A stretch of DNA of 16,788 nt, taken from the IMG/VR virus record IMGVR_UViG_2667528074_000009; one strand, written 5' to 3'. The position numbers and the translations under genes are program-made. Below the pieces are notes generated by a model. It worked only from the letters and a program-made list of their open reading frames with translations. It did not search any database and was not told where the DNA came from. Shown here one piece after another: positions 6,863 through 13,041 of this stretch (the first letter of the stretch is position 1; every line of letters begins with the position of its first letter). This stretch comes from a virus. Taxonomy: Duplodnaviria > Heunggongvirae > Uroviricota > Caudoviricetes.

Positions 6863-7045
6863 TTAAGATAATGCAAAACAAATTAACCACACCACGACAA
6901 CCGATGCTATTAACACCCTGATTGCAAACAGCGGTCTGATATGTCGAAAAGGATTTTCCCAGATAATAAAAGCCGCTGCCAGAAATGCACTGATAAGTAA
7001 AACAATAACAAACAGCTCAATTTTGATTATCCAGAACATATTCAC
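6863..7045 (-). CDS. Small hydrophobic membrane protein (about 58-60 aa)
   Basis: MNMFWIIKIELFVIVLLISAFLAAAFIIWENPF..., with two predicted transmembrane segments. Its start overlaps the DUF4406 stop and its stop leaves a 13-nt RBS gap before the next gene. Confidence 0.4.
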   Translation of the reverse strand: MNMFWIIKIELFVIVLLISAFLAAAFIIWENPFRHIRPLFAIRVLIASVVVVWLICFALS

Positions 7046-7332
7046 TGCATCGCCTTCTGTAAAATAACCGCATGCCCCAGCTTCTCCGCCAGCGCCAGTT
7101 CTGCCTTAGCACCCGCCGACCGCTGCCAGCCATTCAGCATGTAAATCGCATCCACGCAACGTATCATCGCCATGCAGATATCCATGTACTGCGACTGAGT
7201 CAGTCCGTCCGGAAGTACTGCCGAGTTTAAGACGGTATGCCCTTCCCGTTTCAGTTCCTCTTCCGCTTTGTGAAACGCCTCACGGTTGAAGTTTTCATGG
7301 CCAGTCATCGGCCCTGCGACATAAACCTTCAT
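7042..7332 (-). CDS. DUF4406-like protein (nucleoside 2-deoxyribosyltransferase-like fold), 96 aa
   Basis: N-terminal MKVYVAGPMTG...FN signature typical of DUF4406 prophage proteins (from memory). ATGA overlap with the upstream gene at 7329-7332. Confidence 0.55.
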   Translation of the reverse strand: MKVYVAGPMTGHENFNREAFHKAEEELKREGHTVLNSAVLPDGLTQSQYMDICMAMIRCVDAIYMLNGWQRSAGAKAELALAEKLGHAVILQKAMQ

Positions 7333-7763
7333 ATCGTTTTTACTGTCCCTTTATTGTCCCTGTAAAACATCAAAACCCGCTGCATAACATCGCTATTCCG
7401 GCACTCACGACAGATTATGTTCTGACGCCTGTCATAGCGGCGTATTTCTCCATCTGGTAATGAATAAATCAGGTCTGGGTCGCTCTTTTTCTTCGCTCTG
7501 TTTTTCTTCACTCCCCCTTTCGCGATCTTTTGGTGAGCCCTTTCCCAGTCCCTGTGCGCCTGCTCAGACGGAAATACCCCGTAGTCAGAGTTGTACACCT
7601 CACCGCTGGCAGCAAGCTCTCTGGATAAGCGACCGGTAGTGACTCTGCTGACACCCGTTTTATCTGCCAACTGCTGATGTGTTTCTCGCCCACTCTGGCG
7701 TACGAGCTCCACAATGCGCGCCTTCACTTCTTCCCGTTGTTCGTGTGTGAAAGGTTTTGCCAT
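7329..7763 (-). CDS. Hypothetical helix-turn-helix protein (144 aa)
   Basis: ATG at 7763 with GGAGG RBS 5 nt upstream; HTH-like segment HQQLADKTGVSRVTTGRLSRELA; very basic central region (KKNRAKKK). The ORF-track start at 7778 is TTG and abuts the upstream stop. Confidence 0.5.
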   Translation of the reverse strand: MAKPFTHEQREEVKARIVELVRQSGRETHQQLADKTGVSRVTTGRLSRELAASGEVYNSDYGVFPSEQAHRDWERAHQKIAKGGVKKNRAKKKSDPDLIYSLPDGEIRRYDRRQNIICRECRNSDVMQRVLMFYRDNKGTVKTI

Positions 7764-7778
7764 AAGCGCCTCCGGCAA

Positions 7779-8573
7779 TCACTTTTCTGATGCAACACGG
7801 CGGGAAGAATCAGTCATCTGCCGGAAAATATCCCGGTGCTTGTTCAGCTCCCGCAGCGCGGCGCAGACACGTTCCCACTTCCGGATATGACTTTTTGCCC
7901 GGCGCAGTTCACGGTTTGCCATATGTAGCGATGGCAGCATTACATAGTCGGTATGTTTTTCGGTGAACAATGGCAGTGACTGCACAATATCCGCCACCGT
8001 TTCTGTTTTAATTTCTTCCTGTGTTGCCGCTTCCTGTACCGGTAATGCAACACCTGCTGGCTGAGGAAAGGCTTTACCATGGGTTTTCGCTACCGGTGCA
8101 ACTTTCGGCTCTGCTGGTAAATCTTCCCCGGTTTTTTTTACCAGCATCCACTTACACCCCTTCCCCTGTCCCAGCTTAATCGCCATGCCATCGCGGCAAA
8201 GCTTTTCCATCGCAGAAACCAGCGACCTGACGCAATCAGCACGCCCCACAGCAATTGCAATCTCAGCGGTGGTCATTGCCCCACCATGAGCAAGTGTGGA
8301 CAGGATGTCGCAGCGATTCAGTGGCTCACGGTCTTTTCTGCTGACCACCATGCGGGATTTTCTTTCCGCTTTACACACCGGCACTGTTTTTTCTTTCACG
8401 CCACTTTGTCGTTCTGAAACAGACCAGTAACCATTAACCGACACAACTTCTCCCTGCTCTTCGTACTCCCGCAACATTTTAATCGCCTCAGCCGGTGCAA
8501 TGCCCAAACTGGTAGCAAGCTCAGTGCACGTCACCTTTTGCATCGCTTTTAACGTATCAATCAACGTTTCCAT
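7779..8573 (-). CDS. Replication-associated protein with winged-helix-like segments (264 aa), in the position of lambda P
   Basis: Lies directly downstream of the O-like initiator. Two segments resemble winged-helix DNA-binding domains (CTELATSLGIAPAEAIKMLREYEEQGEV and MTTAEIAIAVGRADCVRSLVSAMEKLCRDGMAI). No helicase-loader ATPase motif seen. GGGAG RBS 9 nt upstream. Confidence 0.5.
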   Translation of the reverse strand: METLIDTLKAMQKVTCTELATSLGIAPAEAIKMLREYEEQGEVVSVNGYWSVSERQSGVKEKTVPVCKAERKSRMVVSRKDREPLNRCDILSTLAHGGAMTTAEIAIAVGRADCVRSLVSAMEKLCRDGMAIKLGQGKGCKWMLVKKTGEDLPAEPKVAPVAKTHGKAFPQPAGVALPVQEAATQEEIKTETVADIVQSLPLFTEKHTDYVMLPSLHMANRELRRAKSHIRKWERVCAALRELNKHRDIFRQMTDSSRRVASEK

Positions 8574-8618
8574 TAAAATTTCTCCCGTTAAAAATTATTT
8601 ACCAATCTCAAACAAAAC

Positions 8619-9581
8619 TTATCCCCTGAACCCTGGTGGAATTTCGGTGTCCGGTTCAGAAATATGATTCACACAACGCTGCGCGGGACCACGCCACAGT
8701 CGAATAACCAGTTCATCCCATTTTTCACGGAGTTTTTCCGGGCTCTTGATGTTTTTTATCCAGAACGGATCCCGTTGTGCCCGACTGAACATTTCGCAAA
8801 TTTGTCTGTGACTTCTTCCATCCAGCATCCGCATTGTGCGCACATCATTGGCCCACGTAGTCCAGTTGGGCTCTTTCGGTCGCGTGATCTCACCATCATC
8901 GCTCGCAGCCTGCTCGTACAGGTTTAAAACCCGCCCCCAGATCCACTGTGCACACGTCAAATCCTCACGGGTTCCCCACTGGCGTTTTTTTACACTGAAC
9001 ACAACTGCGTCAGGATGGCGGGTTAAAAACTCCTGTTCAGCCGTCTGCGGGTCCGGTTGCGAAGCTTCCGGACGAGAAGATCTTTTATCTGACGGATCAG
9101 GTTTTAATACTGACGGATCGGGGCCAACCATCGCCCCCCTAACCGGCTGTTTTTTATCAACGGTTGATCCATCAAAATTTGACGGGTCAACCGTTGAGGG
9201 GGCAATATTTGACGGGTCAACGGTTGGCTGGTCATTTTTTGCCGGGTTAATTTTTCTTTTCGGTTTATATGCCTCACGCGCCGCCGCCGCTGCTGCTTCG
9301 AGTTTTTCCACATTAAGACGGTAGATATTGCTTTCATTACGCCCACCGACCTTACGTTCCTCCTTCGTCAGCCAGCCGTTCTTTTCCAGTTCAGCTATCG
9401 CAGCTTTAACCGTTGATTCACTCTTTGCCCCAATCTGACGACGAATGGTCTCCACTGCAGGCCATGACACACCTTCGTCATTGCTGTAGTCTGCAAGGCG
9501 AGCCATTACTGCCACTCTGGATAAGATCATGCCGGTGAAGGCACACCCTTCCCAGACAAGACCATGAAGCTTGCTGCTCAT
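8619..9581 (-). CDS. Phage replication initiator (lambda O-like), 320 aa, with internal repeat linker
   Basis: N-terminal winged-helix region (ARLADYSNDEGVSWPAVETIRRQIGAKSESTVKAAIAELEKNGWL); central Pro/Asp/Ser-rich linker with STVDPSN and PDPS repeats encoded by DNA iterons; position between the regulators and the rest of the early-right operon. Confidence 0.75.
   Translation of the reverse strand: MSSKLHGLVWEGCAFTGMILSRVAVMARLADYSNDEGVSWPAVETIRRQIGAKSESTVKAAIAELEKNGWLTKEERKVGGRNESNIYRLNVEKLEAAAAAAREAYKPKRKINPAKNDQPTVDPSNIAPSTVDPSNFDGSTVDKKQPVRGAMVGPDPSVLKPDPSDKRSSRPEASQPDPQTAEQEFLTRHPDAVVFSVKKRQWGTREDLTCAQWIWGRVLNLYEQAASDDGEITRPKEPNWTTWANDVRTMRMLDGRSHRQICEMFSRAQRDPFWIKNIKSPEKLREKWDELVIRLWRGPAQRCVNHISEPDTEIPPGFRG
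9090..9270. repeat. Putative replication origin: four direct iterons (core TGACGGRTC) plus AT-rich tract, inside the O-like gene
   Basis: TGACGGATC at 9090 and 9111; TTTGACGGGTCAACCGTTGA at 9178-9197 and TTTGACGGGTCAACGGTTGG at 9208-9227 (18/20 identical, 30 bp apart); near-palindrome ATCAACGGTTGAT at 9156-9168; then a T-rich tract at 9232-9270. Same layout as ori-lambda within gene O. Confidence 0.6.
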
Positions 9582-9604
9582 AAAAAACCCCGAACACCGT
9601 GCTT

Positions 9605-10030
9605 TTAGTGCATCACCACGGCATTTCCCGCCGGGCCACCACGATTCATCTGATCGAACAGAACGATCGCTGATGCAACGAAATCATCAATATCTTTCAC
9701 CAGCCGTTCCTTCGTCTCTACCAACTCCCGAAAATAAGCGGAACTGTGGCTGCGCATTCGGGCCACCAGCGGAGGCGGCATCGCTTTTTCGATCGCTGGT
9801 AACAACGCCTGAATTTTTTTAACCGCATCAGGAGTGTCTTTCTCCACCCAGCGGAAAATTTTCTGGGTGTTACGGCCCAGGGCTTCAGGATGGCTGTCGT
9901 CGTACAGTTCCGGGAACGTCATACCCAGTTCGAAATACGCTTTGGTAATTTTCGCAGCCGGTACTTTCTCGCCGTCCGGATGCGCCCAGGCATTCATCGC
10001 CATGCGGATGTGTTCATGCTTGATTTTCAT
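9605..10030 (-). CDS. YdaT-like (CII-analog) regulatory protein, 141 aa
   Basis: Begins MKIKHEHI..., length and position immediately downstream of the Cro-like gene match the Rac YdaT family. AGGAG RBS 8 nt upstream of ATG 10030; overlaps the Cro-like 3' end by 17 nt. Family call from memory. Confidence 0.55.
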   Translation of the reverse strand: MKIKHEHIRMAMNAWAHPDGEKVPAAKITKAYFELGMTFPELYDDSHPEALGRNTQKIFRWVEKDTPDAVKKIQALLPAIEKAMPPPLVARMRSHSSAYFRELVETKERLVKDIDDFVASAIVLFDQMNRGGPAGNAVVMH

Positions 10031-10295
10031 GAATCAAGCTCCTGGAAAGTGGTTGTGTTAACGTTTGGGTATCTTCCAGCTCGGGCCAAATGTTCATCCA
10101 ATCAAAAGGCCGTAGTTGCTGACGTGTAACTTCACCATTACTAGCTCGCTCAATAAGGACACATAACGATGCCCCTAACACTTGACCTTTACTCAATGCT
10201 TTTCTTAGATAACCGATGCTAGTACCACACTCACATGCAAACATACGCTGTTCATCTGACGAAATAGAATTGAGAAATATTCTTAATTCTTCCAT
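10014..10295 (-). CDS. Cro-like HTH regulator (YdaS/DicC-like position), 93 aa
   Basis: Divergent from the repressor gene across an operator-bearing region; AAGGAG RBS 5-6 nt upstream of ATG 10295; HTH-like segment CECGTSIGYLRKALSKGQ. Confidence 0.6.
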   Translation of the reverse strand: MEELRIFLNSISSDEQRMFACECGTSIGYLRKALSKGQVLGASLCVLIERASNGEVTRQQLRPFDWMNIWPELEDTQTLTQPLSRSLIHENQA

Positions 10296-10321
10296 AACTA
10301 CTCCTTAGTAAACACAGCAAA

Positions 10322-10389
10322 GAATACCTACAGGTAAACAAAAGTCAATACCCGTGGGTTGTTTACCTTGTGGTAATCGCCTCTATTAT
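10322..10389. promoter_or_regulatory. OR-like operator/promoter region: three TACC-N4-GGTA half-palindromes with divergent promoters
   Basis: Sites TACCTACAGGTA (10326-10337), TACCCGTGGGTT (10350-10361), TACCTTGTGGTA (10365-10376). Leftward promoter candidate: -35 TTGACT (complement of 10344-10349), -10 TATTCT (complement of 10322-10327). Rightward candidate: -35 TTGTTT (10360-10365), -10 TATTAT (10384-10389). Confidence 0.55.
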
Positions 10390-10395
10390 TTACCT

Positions 10396-10815
10396 ATGGA
10401 CAAATATGAATTTAGACGAAAGCAACTCATCAAAATTCGTGATGAGAAATGCGATGGTAAAGCGGTTAACGTGGCCAGAAAAATCGGCCGCGAGCCTTCT
10501 TATGTATCAAGAATGTTGTACCCAGAGGGGAAAAAAGGGAAAAAACGGATCGCTGATGATATGGTGGAGATTATCGAAGAATCCTTTGGGTTACCCAGGG
10601 GATGGATGGATGGTATCGTTTCATCATCAACGAACACAACCTCCAATTATGAAACAAGGGTTCTAACACCACGACAACGTATTTTTTTAGATCTCTTGGA
10701 CGAACTGCCAGAAAGCGAAGCGGATAACCTATTAAAAACTCTTGAAGAGAAAAAACAATATTACAATATGATCTACGAAGAAATCAGCAAAAAGAAAGCA
10801 CGAAACGCATCATAG
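10396..10815 (+). CDS. CI-type repressor (DicA-like), 139 aa, probably leaderless
   Basis: N-terminal HTH (GKAVNVARKIGREPSYVSRML); C-terminal LTPRQRIFLDLLDELPESEADNLL resembles the DicA C-terminus as recalled. ATG 10396 lies about 7 nt after the candidate -10 with no RBS. The ORF-track start at 10354 falls inside the operator/promoter. Confidence 0.7.
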   Translation: MDKYEFRRKQLIKIRDEKCDGKAVNVARKIGREPSYVSRMLYPEGKKGKKRIADDMVEIIEESFGLPRGWMDGIVSSSTNTTSNYETRVLTPRQRIFLDLLDELPESEADNLLKTLEEKKQYYNMIYEEISKKKARNAS

Positions 10816-10847
10816 CCCACCAAACAACCTACACCTGTCAAAACGCA

Positions 10848-10884
10848 TCAAAAAATTTACCTGTGGGTATTTACTTTTTAGATA
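10848..10884. promoter_or_regulatory. OL-like operator pair upstream of the dicB-type operon
   Basis: TACCTGTGGGTA (10848-10859) and TACCTATAGGTA (10873-10884), same consensus as the OR sites, 25 bp apart, at the head of the plus-strand ydfA...int transcription unit. Confidence 0.5.
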
Positions 10885-11078
10885 CCTATAGGTATTCTCT
10901 CTTTCATGCCAACCCACCCCGCCCCACAGAACGCAGGGCAATACTTCGAGTTACCAGGCAGTGGTCAGGGGGTAAGTAGCCAGCCCGAGGCGTATGAACA
11001 TGACGGCAGGGTTCAACTTTAACTATTGCAGCAGGTTTTTGTTCCGCTACCCCGGCGTTAAGGGGAAATGAGGTCAAC

Positions 11079-11234
11079 ATGGATACTATCGATCTTGGCA
11101 ACAACGAATCTCTGGTGTACGGCGTGTTTCCCAACCAGGACGGCACGTTCACCGCTATGACGTATACCAAAAGCAAAACGTTTAAAACCGAATCTGGCGC
11201 GCGTCGCTGGCTGGAAAGAAACTCAGGTGAGTGA
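11079..11234 (+). CDS. ydfA: YdfA-like small protein (51 aa)
   Basis: MDTIDLGNNESLVYGVFPNQDGTFTAMTYTKSKTFKTESGARRWLERNSGE; GAGG RBS 6 nt upstream; length and sequence match Qin YdfA as recalled. Not in the ORF track (under 60 aa). Confidence 0.7.
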   Translation: MDTIDLGNNESLVYGVFPNQDGTFTAMTYTKSKTFKTESGARRWLERNSGE

Positions 11235-11235
11235 T

Positions 11236-11364
11236 ATGGATTTCGACACAATCATGGAAAAGGCTTACGAAGAATACTTCGAATGCCTTGCCGAAGGCGA
11301 AGAAGCTCTCAGCTTCAGTGAGTTTAAACAGGCACTTTCCAGTTCGACAAAATCTAACGGCTGA
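11236..11364 (+). CDS. ydfB: YdfB-like small protein (42 aa)
   Basis: MDFDTIMEKAYEEYFECLAEGEEALSFSEFKQALSSSTKSNG; starts 1 nt after the ydfA stop; length matches Qin YdfB. Not in the ORF track. Confidence 0.7.
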   Translation: MDFDTIMEKAYEEYFECLAEGEEALSFSEFKQALSSSTKSNG

Positions 11365-11393
11365 TAAGCGAAGCGGCACAGTGAGGAATCAGT

Positions 11394-11612
11394 ATGCAGA
11401 AACCAGAACCCGTCATCATCGCTCCAGGTTATACCGATGATGAAATTTACGAATGGATGATCAAGAAAGTTAAGGCGGTACAGGATCTGAAATGGGCCTG
11501 TGACTCCAGAGAACTGCAGGTCAAAAACCTGTCAGAACTGGATAAGGAAATTGCCGGTCTTACAGAGGCGGCATCATTGAACGTAGCCAAAGTGGCTGCA
11601 CACCTGCGTTAA
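11394..11612 (+). CDS. ydfC: YdfC-like protein (72 aa)
   Basis: 72-aa ORF with GAGG RBS 8 nt upstream; correct position and length for ydfC in the dicA-ydfABC-dicF-dicB operon. Confidence 0.65.
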   Translation: MQKPEPVIIAPGYTDDEIYEWMIKKVKAVQDLKWACDSRELQVKNLSELDKEIAGLTEAASLNVAKVAAHLR

Positions 11613-11631
11613 TATCAAGCCAACGAGATTA

Positions 11632-11814
11632 ATGATGGAAGAGACAGAACTTAAACACGTTATTGCCTTGCTTCTGGAAGATGCAAAACGCTTACATGAA
11701 CTGGAGCCCAATGCAGGCACAGAGGCCCGCATTTGGTTAGCAAAAAAATGCCTGGATAGTAAAAGTTTTCAGAAAGAAATAACAATCAGTTTTGAGAATT
11801 CGCCTCGTCTATGA
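11632..11814 (+). CDS. Hypothetical small protein (60 aa) within an insertion between ydfC and dicF
   Basis: Helical-looking ORF MMEETELKHVIALLLEDAKRLHELEPNAGTEARIWLAKK...; weak RBS; overlaps the 3' end of a convergent minus-strand ORF by 29 nt. Confidence 0.35.
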   Translation: MMEETELKHVIALLLEDAKRLHELEPNAGTEARIWLAKKCLDSKSFQKEITISFENSPRL

Positions 11815-12016
11815 ATTGTTGGATCAGATTTGCTAATTCAGTGGCATGTTTATCACCTGTGCTTTTTAAAGCATCTGTTACACAATCTGAGCGAAGTTCT
11901 GGCGGAAGTCTTGTTGCCATCAAAGCTATCGCGAGCTTAATGGCCCTTAATTCTGCATTTATTCCATCATGGGATAAATCATTATTAATAGTGGTTTTTA
12001 TTGTGTTCAAAATCAC
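11786..12016 (-). CDS. Hypothetical small protein (about 74-76 aa), antisense to the dicBF operon, in an AT-rich insertion
   Basis: Perfect AGGAGG on the minus strand (complement of 12017-12022). It abuts the GTG at 12016, so the true start is more likely TTG at 12010 (6-nt spacing). Product ...INNDLSHDGINAELRAIKLAIALMATRLPPELRSDCVTDALKSTGDKHATELANLIQQFIDEANSQN; visibly low GC. Confidence 0.4.
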   Translation of the reverse strand: MILNTIKTTINNDLSHDGINAELRAIKLAIALMATRLPPELRSDCVTDALKSTGDKHATELANLIQQFIDEANSQN

Positions 12017-12333
12017 CCTCCTGAGGGTTGTTAATTAAGGAGTTCTCCACGGGTCAGGTGGAGTGCGTGCGCCGGACACGGGTGAGCATCCGGCACTGAC
12101 AGTTTACTGAAAGGATATATCCCTGAAAAGTCAGGGCATAACGCGAAAGCGCACGGCGAAGTTCGTCTCACTGTACGGTGTCGTTAAATTTAATTCGACC
12201 GTGCGCTTCCGGTTGTGGCACTCCGCGAAATGGCGCGGCGGTAAGTATGGCGGGGTTTCTCCGTTCCTCGCAAATGCCCACCGGGTTGTCAGGTTGACCA
12301 TACGCTTAAGTGACAACCCCGCTGCAACAACCC

Positions 12334-12390
12334 ATGTTGATTACCTTTTGGCGGCATCAGTTTCATTGCTGGCTGATGTCCGCCCTTTTT
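12334..12390 (+). ncRNA. dicF: DicF-like small regulatory RNA
   Basis: Lies 185 nt upstream of dicB. Conserved GGCGGCATCAGTTT core and terminator hairpin GGCGGCATCAG/CTGATGtCCGCC followed by TTTTT; downstream sequence AAAGTGAATTTTGTGATG...GGTGAATGCGGCT.AGCGCACGCG matches the K-12 dicF-dicB spacer as recalled. The 5' end is approximate. Confidence 0.55.
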
Positions 12391-12575
12391 AAAGTGAATT
12401 TTGTGATGCGGTGAATGCGGCTCAGCGCACGCGGAACAGTTAAAAAAGTGATCGGTACTCCGTATTTGTTTTATGGAGTTGGTTTCCCTGTATTCCGGCG
12501 TTAATTGTTAACTGGTTAACGTCACCTGGAGGCACCAGGCACCGCATCACAAAATTCATTGTTGAGGACGCGATA

Positions 12576-12764
12576 ATGGAAACGTTATTACCAAACGTTA
12601 ATACGTCTGAAGGTTGTTTTGAAATTGGTGTCAGAATCAGTAACCCTGTATTTACTGAAGATGCCATTAATAAGAGAAAACACGAACGGGAGCTATTAAA
12701 TCAAATATGCATTGTTTCAATGCTGGCCCGTTTACGCCTGATGCAAAAAGGATACTGGCAATGA
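12576..12764 (+). CDS. dicB: Cell-division inhibitor DicB (62 aa)
   Basis: METLLPNVNTSEGCFEIGVRISNPVFTEDAINKRKHERELLNQICIVSMLARLRLMQKGYWQ is near-identical to E. coli DicB as recalled; same length (62 aa). Confidence 0.9.
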   Translation: METLLPNVNTSEGCFEIGVRISNPVFTEDAINKRKHERELLNQICIVSMLARLRLMQKGYWQ

Positions 12765-12964
12765 ATACTGCTGTTGCTCTCACTCTGACAGTTTTTCTTA
12801 ATACGGGCGAGCCTGTTGACCTGGTTATTGACATTTACGGTTCAATGAAAGAATGCATGGCTGCCGCAGCGGAACAGAAAATTCCCGGTAACTGTTATCC
12901 GGTCGATAAAGTTATTCACCAGGATAATAACGAAATCCCGGCAGGACTTAAAACAGCGCCGTAA
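12761..12964 (+). CDS. ydfD: YdfD-like protein (67 aa)
   Basis: ATG overlaps the dicB stop (ATGA at 12761-12764). MNTAVALTLTVFLNTGEPVDL... has a hydrophobic N-terminus. Position matches ydfD, which follows dicB in Qin. Confidence 0.6.
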   Translation: MNTAVALTLTVFLNTGEPVDLVIDIYGSMKECMAAAAEQKIPGNCYPVDKVIHQDNNEIPAGLKTAP

Positions 12965-13041
12965 TTGATATTCGGTTTCATTTTTATATACCAGCAATGG
13001 CAGGGATTTGTTCACCCTTAAATCTGTAATGAGGTTTATCA

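Noticed and set aside
9085-9230. Direct repeats considered as a possible CRISPR array
   Set aside because: Repeats are only 9-20 bp with 21-30 bp periodicity, lie inside a coding sequence, have no spacer-like unique units of CRISPR size and no cas genes; they fit replication-origin iterons.
8664-9346. ORFs 8664-8927 and 8836-9324 (plus) and 9104-9346 (minus) within the O-like gene
   Set aside because: Alternative-frame or antisense readings of the repeat-rich initiator gene; the apparent repeats are the origin iterons read in the wrong frame.
10354-10395. Longer start for the repressor at 10354 (ORF-track 153-aa version) and the alternative-frame ORF 10370-10666
   Set aside because: The extra 14 codons would be translated from inside the operator/promoter region. 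ATG 10396 sits just after the candidate -10, consistent with a leaderless cI-like mRNA, so the shorter form is preferred, though unproven.
10904-11440. ORFs 10904-11251 and 11182-11379 (minus) and 11231-11440 (plus)
   Set aside because: They overlap the ydfA/ydfB genes and the operon leader on the wrong strand or frame; the short plus-strand ydfA and ydfB, missing from the track, explain the region better.
12131-12392. ORFs 12131-12316 (minus) and 12201-12392 (plus)
   Set aside because: They span the hairpin-dense spacer and the dicF sRNA; no RBS, Arg/Pro-rich translations; the region is better explained as structured RNA.
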